Source: an uncultured Gammaproteobacteria bacterium
GTDB lineage: Bacteria; Pseudomonadota; Gammaproteobacteria; SZUA-229
Length of the DNA stretch: 64,000 nucleotides
Reading direction: 5' to 3'
Assembly: GCA_963759005.1 (NCBI GenBank)
Contig: CAVWXQ010000017.1
Span: 24,833 to 88,832 of the forward strand
Part shown: positions 20,299 through 27,388 of the stretch, piece by piece
Position numbering within the stretch: the first letter of the stretch is position 1
How the letters are laid out: every line of letters starts with the position of its first letter
Made by a program: the position numbers and the translations under genes
The notes under the pieces: model-generated
What the model was told of the DNA's origin: nothing
Databases searched by the model: none
The model's input: the letters and a program-made list of their open reading frames with translations, nothing else

Positions 20299-20781
20299 CT
20301 ACTTGTTATGGAGTGATTGTTTAGTCGCAGGCGCTGGACGTGCAGGTGCCTGTCTACTATATGTATATGGCGCGTATCCGTAGTTAAGTGGCTGTCTGTT
20401 GTATGATTGATAGCCATATGGCGCGTAATAACGGCCGTAACGGTTGCCATAGCGATTATTGTTGTTATATCTGTAATTGTTGTTCCAGTAGTTATCGTTG
20501 TAACCATAACCTCGGGCATCACCTCTGCCTCTGCCTTTGCCTCGAACCTTGAACCTGATTTCTACGTCCATGTCGCCGGACATATCCCCAAATACGTCAT
20601 CCATAAAATCGCCCATAAAATTGTCATTCCAACGATTGTTCCAGCGGTTATTGTTCACATGATTGTTATTCCAGCGATTGCCATAACGATCATCGTCATT
20701 ATCAAAAGGGCCCCACCATGCTATTGCGCTGGTTGATGTTGCGAGCACCGTAGCGGCAGTGAATATTTGTAAGATTTTCAT
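20299..20781 (-). CDS. small exported Asn/Arg/Tyr/Trp/Gly-rich protein (island gene C, most divergent paralog)
   Basis: Signal peptide MKILQIFTAATVLATSTSAIA, acidic block, FKVRGKGRGRGDARG core, YAPYGY motifs and a Pro/Ala tail. Confidence 0.7.
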   Translation of the reverse strand: MKILQIFTAATVLATSTSAIAWWGPFDNDDDRYGNRWNNNHVNNNRWNNRWNDNFMGDFMDDVFGDMSGDMDVEIRFKVRGKGRGRGDARGYGYNDNYWNNNYRYNNNNRYGNRYGRYYAPYGYQSYNRQPLNYGYAPYTYSRQAPARPAPATKQSLHNK

Positions 20782-21047
20782 TTTAATTCCTGAAATTTGT
20801 TAGCAGTGGATTTCATAGCGCTTGTTCTGTTACTAGTCTATTGTTTTAAAAAGTATACGGAAGTATTACTATAATCAATACTTCAGATGAGGTATACAGG
20901 TATTTGAGTATACACTGCGGTTAAGAATTTAATCTATTATTGATTTATACAAAAATCCCGGGCAAATAGCTGCCTTACTATGACCTCCGGGGAATGCTGG
21001 AAATGCAAACAGATTGTCTGCAACCATCTTTGCTTTCCTGTAGGCAA

Positions 21048-21079
21048 GAAAAAAAGCCGTGTCAGGAGACACGGCTTTT
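21048..21079 (-). terminator. terminator of island gene D
   Basis: GCCGTGTC-AGGA-GACACGGC with the U-run on the minus strand (A8 on plus). Confidence 0.75.
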
Positions 21080-21101
21080 ATAAGTTTTTAGTAAAACTTA
21101 T

Positions 21102-21512
21102 TTAGCTGGTGCAGCTGGTGCTGCAGGAGCAGCGTGCAGGTGCTGGTGCTGCATAAGGACCAGGTCCATAATAACCAGGACCAGGACCATAGTACGGACG
21201 ATTGTAATAACCGCTATTATAACGATTATCCCAACGATTATCCCAGTTGTTATAACCACTACCGTAGTATTCGTTACGAGCATCACCGCGACCACGACCA
21301 CGTGCATTACCACTCATACCGAAATTAAAACTACCGTCGACATCACCATAACCGTCACCATAACCGTCACCATATCCGGATCCGTAGGCGTCATTGCGCC
21401 AGTCATTACGCCAGTCGTTGTTCCAGTTAGAGTTATTGTTACCCCAGTCAGCAGAAACTGCAGTTGATGCAGCTAAGATAGTTGCAGCAGCAATTGTTAG
21501 TAAAGTTTTCAT
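21102..21512 (-). CDS. small exported Asn/Gly/Tyr/Trp-rich protein (island gene D)
   Basis: GAGGG SD + MKTLLTIAAATILAASTAVSA/DW signal peptide, GYGDGYGDGYGDVDG acidic block and FNFGMSGNARGRGRGDA core. The C-terminus deviates from the family (see finding). Confidence 0.7.
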   Translation of the reverse strand: MKTLLTIAAATILAASTAVSADWGNNNSNWNNDWRNDWRNDAYGSGYGDGYGDGYGDVDGSFNFGMSGNARGRGRGDARNEYYGSGYNNWDNRWDNRYNSGYYNRPYYGPGPGYYGPGPYAAPAPARCSCSTSCTS

Positions 21513-21607
21513 TTTATTAACCCTCATTTAATTTACTTTGTTTAAAAAACCATGCGCTTGATTCATTAGAATCATCTACATCTGGCTCATCAGAACCATT
21601 GAGTATT

Positions 21608-21636
21608 ATTATATTAGTATTAAATAATATAGTCAA
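21608..21636 (-). promoter_or_regulatory. consensus sigma70 promoter of island gene D
   Basis: Minus strand reads TTGACT-17 nt (ATATTATTTAATACTAA)-TATAAT. Confidence 0.65.
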
Positions 21637-21815
21637 ATACTAAAACCTCTTTGTTCAAGCTGTTTCGAAGTTTACGTGTAATATTTATAACTATATATTT
21701 GAAGTAACTTATGAGTTATATTTAATGTTACTTATTACCAAAATGTATCGCTTAATAGGTACTGATAAACCCTAAATCTATCCTTTTTTATTGTCATAAA
21801 GTGTGTCAAATGACG

Positions 21816-21854
21816 AAAAAAAAGAAGTCGGTACGAAACGTACCGACTTCTTTT
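21816..21854 (-). terminator. terminator of island gene E
   Basis: 12-bp stem GAAGTCGGTACG/CGTACCGACTTC, AAA loop, A8 on plus (U-run on minus). Confidence 0.75.
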
Positions 21855-21951
21855 AGCAGTTAAGTTTATCTCTTTATGTTAGAGCTTTATGACTCAAATA
21901 AAGCCGATAGAAACATACAGATTGTTAATAATTGATGAGATAGCATTTTAA

Positions 21952-22767
21952 TTAAATACGGTTGAGAACTTTCTCGCGATTTGACTGGCTTCGTTGCATG
22001 CTTGCAGCACGTATATCAATCCGTTCTTTGTTACGCAATATTAGTGCTTCGATCAGTTGTTCTTGCTTAGCAATTCGCTGACGTAAACGTTCAACATGTT
22101 TATCCTGGGAGATTTTATACTGGTGAAGCTGTTTAGATTCGAGTGATTTAACTCGAGCAAACATTTCAGTCATGTGTCGTTTTTGCTCAAGTTTATAAGA
22201 TTCGATGCGAGCCTGTCTTTCCTGATCACGTTTTGTCATTGCACGTTGAGCCTGATATATTTCTGCAGAATTTTTGCTTTTTGCTGGTTCGATTACAGCT
22301 ACATCAGTAGAACTAGTTTGCTCAGTGCTGACGATTGCTTCAGACACAGTTTCTTTGTTTGTGTTTTCAGTTGCTACCAGTACTTCTGCTGTTTGAACTT
22401 CAGTAGCCTGAACTTCAGTAGCCTGAACTTCTACCAGTGCTACTTCGGCTTCAGCTACTTCTGTTGTTTCTTGTGCTTCACTAATGGCAACGCTGGAGAC
22501 AGTTGCTTCACTTATCTCAGTTGAAGCCGTGTTGCTTGCAAGAGTAGCATTATTTTCAGCGACTTCACTTTCTATTGCTGCAAGCCGCTCATCGACGGTG
22601 CCAAGTTGTTTATTCAGCATGATGGCAGTTGTTACGATAATACTTACCATTATTACAGCAACAACTGCATATTTACCTAAAGGGCCAAATACTGTTTTGT
22701 TGTCGTTAGTTTTGTTTTCAGTGGTTACTGAAGTCCCATCTATTTTTTTAGTTTTTTTGGTACTCAT
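21952..22767 (-). CDS. membrane-anchored low-complexity + coiled-coil protein (island gene E)
   Basis: Start taken at MSTKKTKK. TM YAVVAVIMVSIIVTTAIML, EVQATEVQATEVQ 15-nt repeats, and a K/E/Q/R C-terminal helix region. Confidence 0.65.
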   Translation of the reverse strand: MSTKKTKKIDGTSVTTENKTNDNKTVFGPLGKYAVVAVIMVSIIVTTAIMLNKQLGTVDERLAAIESEVAENNATLASNTASTEISEATVSSVAISEAQETTEVAEAEVALVEVQATEVQATEVQTAEVLVATENTNKETVSEAIVSTEQTSSTDVAVIEPAKSKNSAEIYQAQRAMTKRDQERQARIESYKLEQKRHMTEMFARVKSLESKQLHQYKISQDKHVERLRQRIAKQEQLIEALILRNKERIDIRAASMQRSQSNREKVLNRI

Positions 22768-22810
22768 GATTTTTACCTGTGATAGCATCCTATACGTTGT
22801 ATTTTTTGTT

Positions 22811-22845
22811 AAAAAGCCCTACAACCGATGTCAAGAAGTAGGGCT
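22811..22845 (-). terminator. terminator of island gene F
   Basis: Stem AGCCCTAC/GTAGGGCT with an A-run on plus. Confidence 0.65.
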
Positions 22846-22865
22846 TCAAAGTTATCTGGCTAAAC

Positions 22866-23246
22866 TTATTTAGCTACAGTAGCTGGAGCTTCCTGTGGAG
22901 CAGGTGCAGTTTGAGGAGCTGGGGCATAACCGTAAGGAGCATAACCGTTGTAGTAACCGTTAGAACCGTTGTAGTTGTTGCTACCATTGTAGTAACCGTT
23001 GCCATTGCCGTTACCACGTCCGCGACCGCTACCTTTAGCTTTCATACCGAAAGAGAAAGAGCTGTCAAATTCGCCGTCACCGTCGAAGTCGCCAGAACCG
23101 TTACCGTTACCATTGCTATTGTGGTTGTTGTAACCGTTATAGTTAGAGTTGTTGTCGTCACCGAAGAAAGGCATATCCCAATCAGCAGAAACAGCAGTAG
23201 ACGCAGCCAAGATAGTTGCAGCAGCAATTGTTAATAATGTTTTCAT
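22866..23246 (-). CDS. small exported Asn/Gly/Tyr-rich protein (island gene F)
   Basis: GAGGG SD, signal peptide MKTLLTIAAATILAASTAVSA/DWDMPFFGD, GDFDGDGEFDSSFSFGMKAKGSGRGRG core and YAPYGYAPAPQTAPAPQEAPATVAK tail. Confidence 0.75.
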   Translation of the reverse strand: MKTLLTIAAATILAASTAVSADWDMPFFGDDNNSNYNGYNNHNSNGNGNGSGDFDGDGEFDSSFSFGMKAKGSGRGRGNGNGNGYYNGSNNYNGSNGYYNGYAPYGYAPAPQTAPAPQEAPATVAK

Positions 23247-23323
23247 TTTAAAACCCTCAAAGTTTGTTATACAGCTATATTTAAAAATAATTTCATGCGC
23301 TTAGTCTATATGACCAACTAGAA

Positions 23324-23352
23324 AGAATATTATAAAACTCTAATATAAGCAA
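23324..23352 (-). promoter_or_regulatory. sigma70-type promoter of gene F
   Basis: Minus strand TTGCTT-17 nt (ATATTAGAGTTTTATAA)-TATTCT, positionally homologous to the promoters of A, D, G, H and I. Confidence 0.5.
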
Positions 23353-23566
23353 TATCTAAATATAGATGGAGCCGACTAAGAGACGGTTTTTAAATGGGTT
23401 TTATTTTTTATCTATCTCCCCAGTTTGTTTATATCTGCAAGCTGGTCGCTAGGATCGAAAGGGCAGGGGTGGAGAAATAAACTGATTATCAAATCTACCC
23501 AGAGTTAAATGAGATTGAGTATCTGTTGGTATTTGATCAGGTCAGATTTTTATATTGGCTATAAAT

Positions 23567-23604
23567 AAAAAAGCCCGACATCTGAAATCCAGAAGCCGGG
23601 CTTT
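23567..23604 (-). terminator. terminator of island gene G
   Basis: AGCCCGAC...GCCGGGCT hairpin with A6 on plus (U-run on minus). Repeated at 24388 and 25211. Confidence 0.7.
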
Positions 23605-23622
23605 AACGTTATGTGGCTAAAC

Positions 23623-24021
23623 TTATTCAGCTACTGTAGCTGGAGCTGCCTGTGGAGCAGGTGCAGCCTGAGGAGCTGGAGCATAACCGTAAGGCGCATA
23701 ACCGTTGTAGTAACCGTTAGAACCGTTGTAGTTATTATAACCATTGTAGTTACCATCGTAGTTACCGTTACCACGACCTTGACCACGACCACGACCTTTA
23801 GCTTTCATACCAAAAGAGAAAGAAGTGTCAAATTCGCCGTCACCGTCGAATTCACCATCGCCAGAACCATTACCGTTACCGTTGTTGTTCCAGTTAGAGT
23901 TGTTGTAGTTAGAGTTGTAGCCATTATCGTTGTCACCGAAGAAAGGCATATCCCAATCAGCAGAAACAGCAGTAGATGTTGCCAGGATAGTTGCAGCAGT
24001 AATTGTTAGTATTGTTTTCAT
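23623..24021 (-). CDS. small exported Asn/Gly/Tyr-rich protein (island gene G)
   Basis: Signal peptide + DWDMPFFGDNDNGYNSNYNNSNWNNNGNGNGSGDGEFDGDGEFDTSFSFGMKAKGRGRGQGRG...YAPYGYAPAPQAAPAPQAAPATVAE. Confidence 0.75.
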   Translation of the reverse strand: MKTILTITAATILATSTAVSADWDMPFFGDNDNGYNSNYNNSNWNNNGNGNGSGDGEFDGDGEFDTSFSFGMKAKGRGRGQGRGNGNYDGNYNGYNNYNGSNGYYNGYAPYGYAPAPQAAPAPQAAPATVAE

Positions 24022-24100
24022 TAGTAAGCCCTCATGTTTGTTTTACAGCAATATTAGAAATACATTCCCATGCGCTTGGTTTTCACAACCAGAGAAAAAA

Positions 24101-24129
24101 AGTATATTATAAAATACTAATATATGCAA
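24101..24129 (-). promoter_or_regulatory. sigma70-type promoter of gene G
   Basis: Minus strand TTGCAT-17 nt (ATATTAGTATTTTATAA)-TATACT. Confidence 0.55.
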
Positions 24130-24387
24130 TATCTAATTTATTGTTTGGAGACGTCTAAGCGTATTGTGTTTTAAGTGGTTTTAATTATGTATGATTTTTT
24201 AAAAATAGAAAGGCCGGTACAATGGGGTGCCGGCCTGTTTACTCAGTTTGATTATTTCTCATCCTGGCCGCTATGATCGAAAAGCCTGATTGTAGAAATT
24301 AACTGATTCTTATATCAGTCCAGATTTAACAACGATCGTGTATCTGTTGGTATTTGATCAGGTCAGATTTTTATATCGGCTATAACT

Positions 24388-24425
24388 AAAAAAGCCCGAC
24401 ATCTGAAATCCAGAAGCCGGGCTTT
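24388..24425 (-). terminator. terminator of island gene H
   Basis: Same hairpin as 23567-23604. Confidence 0.7.
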
Positions 24426-24443
24426 AACGTTATGTGGCTAAAC

Positions 24444-24842
24444 TTATTCAGCTACTGTAGCTGGCGCTGCCTGTGGAGCAGGTGCAGCCTGAGGAGCTGG
24501 AGCATAACCGTAAGGCGCATAACCGTTGTAGTAACCGTTAGAACCATTGTAGTTGTTACTACCATAGTAGTTACCATCGTAGTTACCGTTACCACGACCT
24601 TGACCACGGCCACGACCTTTTGCTTTCATACCGAAAGAGAAAGAAGTGTCAAATTCGCCGTCACCGTCGAATTCACCATCGCCAGAACCATTACCGTTAC
24701 CGTTGTTGTTCCAGTTAGAGTTGTTGTAGTTAGAGTTGTAGCCATTATCGTTGTCACCGAAGAAAGGCATATCCCAATCAGCAGAAACAGCAGTAGATGT
24801 TGCCAGGATAGTTGCAGCAGCAATTGTTAATAATGTTTTCAT
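24444..24842 (-). CDS. small exported Asn/Gly/Tyr-rich protein (island gene H)
   Basis: 132 aa; differs from gene G product at 4 positions by my alignment. Confidence 0.75.
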   Translation of the reverse strand: MKTLLTIAAATILATSTAVSADWDMPFFGDNDNGYNSNYNNSNWNNNGNGNGSGDGEFDGDGEFDTSFSFGMKAKGRGRGQGRGNGNYDGNYYGSNNYNGSNGYYNGYAPYGYAPAPQAAPAPQAAPATVAE

Positions 24843-24920
24843 TTTAAAACCCTCAAAGTTTGTTATACAGCAATATTTAAAAAAATTTTCATGCGCTTGG
24901 TCCGTATGACCAGTGAGGGA

Positions 24921-24949
24921 AGTATATTAGAAATATCTAATATTAGCAA
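24921..24949 (-). promoter_or_regulatory. sigma70-type promoter of gene H
   Basis: Minus strand TTGCTA-17 nt (ATATTAGATATTTCTAA)-TATACT. Confidence 0.55.
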
Positions 24950-25210
24950 GTTATAATTTACTTGTTTTGGATATGACCATCTAAGCGATTGTTTTGAAGA
25001 GGATTATATTTTGTATTTTTATTTTAAAAGTAGAAAGGCCGACACAATGGGGTGCCGGCCTTTTTACTCAGTTTGATTATTTCTCATCCTGGCCGCTATG
25101 ATCGAAAAGCCTGGTTGTAGAAATTAACTGATTCTTATATCAGTCCAGATTTAACTACGATGTGTATCTGTTCGATTTGATCAGGTCAGATTTTTATATT
25201 GGCTATAACT

Positions 25211-25248
25211 AAAAAAGCCCGACATCTGAAATCCAGAAGCCGGGCTTT
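25211..25248 (-). terminator. terminator of decayed copy I
   Basis: Same hairpin as 23567 and 24388. Confidence 0.7.
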
Positions 25249-25266
25249 AACGTTATGTGGCTAAAC

Positions 25267-25666
25267 TTATTCAGCTACTGTAGCTGGAGCTGCCTGTGGA
25301 GCAGGTGCAGCCTGAGGAGCTGGAGCATAACCGTAAGGCGCATAACCGTTGTAGTAACCGTTAGAACCGTTGTAGTTGTTGATAACCATTGTAGTTACCA
25401 TTGCCAGTTACCGTTACCACGACCTTGACCACGACCACGACCTTTAGCTTTCATACCGAAAGAGAAAGAAGTGTCAAATTCGCCGTCACCGTCGAATTCC
25501 CGTCGCCAGAACCGTTACCGTTACCGTTGTTGTTCCAGTTAGAGTTGTTGTAGTTAGAGTTGTAGCCATTATCGTTGTCACCGAAGAAAGGCATATCCCA
25601 ATCAGCAGAAACAGCAGTAGATGTTGCCAGGATAGTTGCAGCAGCAATTGTTAATAATGTTTTCAT
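25267..25666 (-). pseudogene. decayed third tandem copy of the Asn/Gly/Tyr-rich protein gene (island gene I)
   Basis: Start MKTLLTIAAATILATS at 25666 with an intact SD and promoter. Relative to G/H there is a 1-nt loss near 25499 (GAATTCACCATCGCC becomes GAATTCCCGTCGCC) and a 1-nt gain near 25410. The shifted frame hits a stop at 25451. Confidence 0.75.
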
Positions 25667-25844
25667 TTTAAAACCCTCAAAGTTTGTTATACAGCAATAT
25701 TTAAAAAAATTTTCATGCGCTTGGTCCGTATGACCAGTGAGAGGAAGTATATTAGAAATATCTAATATTAGCAAGTACTAATTGATTTTTATCATTAGAT
25801 AATTTATAACATATTGTTTTTAGTGATTTTAAATATGCTATTGC

Positions 25845-27275
25845 TTAGATTTTTATTGATTCAGCGTATTCAAGTAGTTCTTCAAGCAGTGCTAATTGGC
25901 TGCCAATGGTGTCTGGTGACTGTTGAATAGCTTCAATTTCTGCCAAAAACTGGTTGAATGTTCGGTTTGAGGTGGCCGGGTTGCTAAATTTGTCCTGCCG
26001 ATAGTCATTCCATTGCTTACGTTCTTCATTATTAAGTGTTTCCAGATAGTTTCGAGCCCGGAAGCGAAATAACATTTCTTCCAGGCGGGCATCATCAAAA
26101 TTAAAATGCAGGCTGTTGAGTTTGGCTACAGGCGTGTTTCGTATAGTGTCAATGCGCTGGCTGTCATCGCGACTGAAAAAGCCACCGGAATACAACTGGC
26201 CATCCGGATCGCTGACTTCGGGGAAATCACTCTGCTGGAATATGGCCGCGGTTTTGGCTGCAAACTCATCTATATGTTGCATAATAAGTTCACGATGTTG
26301 CTGGCAGAGCTCAACATCAATGTTAAGTCTCTGGGCTGCATTATCATCCATGGTTTTTAAAGGCACGATAACGGGGCACTTATTTATGTGTATCTGTTTA
26401 AGCGGTATTCGTTTTACACCTTCCGGTAATTCTTTTGCCGGTGTATATAGTCTGGCGGCCATTTCATCAACATCTGCGGCAAAAAATTCCTCAGGATGAA
26501 CATTCAGGTCATACACAATAAAGCCATTTTTATTCACTGGATGCTGGCTAATTGGCATGACCATCGCAATCGCGCCACGTTCAGCTGAATATCGTGAGGA
26601 AACATGAAGAATAGCTTCACGAGTGCGTAAATTGATGAGCTTACTGACTTCGGTTTTTTTGCGCATGTTATAGATATACTGATAAAGGCGCGGTTGTTTT
26701 TCTTTAATAAGTTTAGCAACAGCAATGGTTGCATAGACATCCGACATCGCATCATGCGCTGCTTCATGTTTGATGTTATTAGCTTTGGTGAGTAATTCCA
26801 GGCGTATACTGGGGTGGCCATCCTGTTCAGGCCAGTTAATACCGTCGGGCCTTAAAGCACGGGTTAAGCGCACCGTGTCGATAATGTCCCAACGGGAATT
26901 TCCGTGTTGCCACTCATGAGAATAAGCATTGAAAAAATTTCGGTATAAGGCATTGCGGGTAAATTCATCATCGAAACGGATGTTGTTATAACCGGCAACA
27001 CAGGTAGCGGGTGTGGAAAATTCTTTATGGATGGTGGCAATAAACTCTGCTTCGTTAATGCCATCGGCAAGTGCTTTTTGTGGCGTGATACCGGTAATTA
27101 AACAGGCGCGTGGATCAGGCAGGCAATCATCAGCGGGTTTGCAATATAATGTAAGCGGATCACTGATGATGTTTAATTCTTCATCGGTGCGAATGCCGGC
27201 AAACTGTGACAGACGATCATATCGTGGATCAATGCCAAAAGTTTCGTAGTCGTACCAGTAGATGGAGTTTGTCAT
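25845..27275 (-). CDS. sbcB: exodeoxyribonuclease I
   Basis: N-terminal YWYDYETFG DEDDh exonuclease motif; full-length ExoI-like protein. Confidence 0.9.
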   Translation of the reverse strand: MTNSIYWYDYETFGIDPRYDRLSQFAGIRTDEELNIISDPLTLYCKPADDCLPDPRACLITGITPQKALADGINEAEFIATIHKEFSTPATCVAGYNNIRFDDEFTRNALYRNFFNAYSHEWQHGNSRWDIIDTVRLTRALRPDGINWPEQDGHPSIRLELLTKANNIKHEAAHDAMSDVYATIAVAKLIKEKQPRLYQYIYNMRKKTEVSKLINLRTREAILHVSSRYSAERGAIAMVMPISQHPVNKNGFIVYDLNVHPEEFFAADVDEMAARLYTPAKELPEGVKRIPLKQIHINKCPVIVPLKTMDDNAAQRLNIDVELCQQHRELIMQHIDEFAAKTAAIFQQSDFPEVSDPDGQLYSGGFFSRDDSQRIDTIRNTPVAKLNSLHFNFDDARLEEMLFRFRARNYLETLNNEERKQWNDYRQDKFSNPATSNRTFNQFLAEIEAIQQSPDTIGSQLALLEELLEYAESIKI

Positions 27276-27292
27276 GGTGAGTCCCTTTTTAA

Positions 27293-27372
27293 GTTTTCCT
27301 CAGATGAACACAGATCAATAATCTTATTTTCAATAAAAAATAAGGTTTTTTATCCGCGTTTATCTGTGGATA
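27293..27372. repeat. short REP-like hairpin of the CACAGATGAACGCAGATAA family (likely also the cbbO terminator)
   Basis: Arms TTTTCCTCAGATGAACACAGATCAATAA / TTTTTTATCCGCGTTTATCTGTGGATA around an inner CTTATTTT/AAAATAAG hairpin. Confidence 0.65.
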
Positions 27373-27388
27373 GATTTTTTCAGTTTTC

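Larger units (their letters stand above)
23520..25790. repeat. head-to-tail tandem amplification of a gene + promoter + terminator unit (about 3 units of 821-824 bp)
   Basis: Start codons at 24021, 24842 and 25666; terminators at 23567, 24388 and 25211. Intergenic sequence is also conserved. Confidence 0.9.

Noticed and set aside
23611-24009. Full-length plus-strand ORFs antisense to the small N/G/Y-rich genes (also 22911-23234, 24432-24830, 20407-20736 and 21134-21328), encoding Val/Thr/Ile-rich strings
   Set aside because: They are a by-product of codon periodicity (AAC/GGT/TAC read as GTT/ACC/GTA on the other strand). The SD + ATG, Sec signal peptides, consensus promoters and U-run side of the terminators are all on the minus strand.
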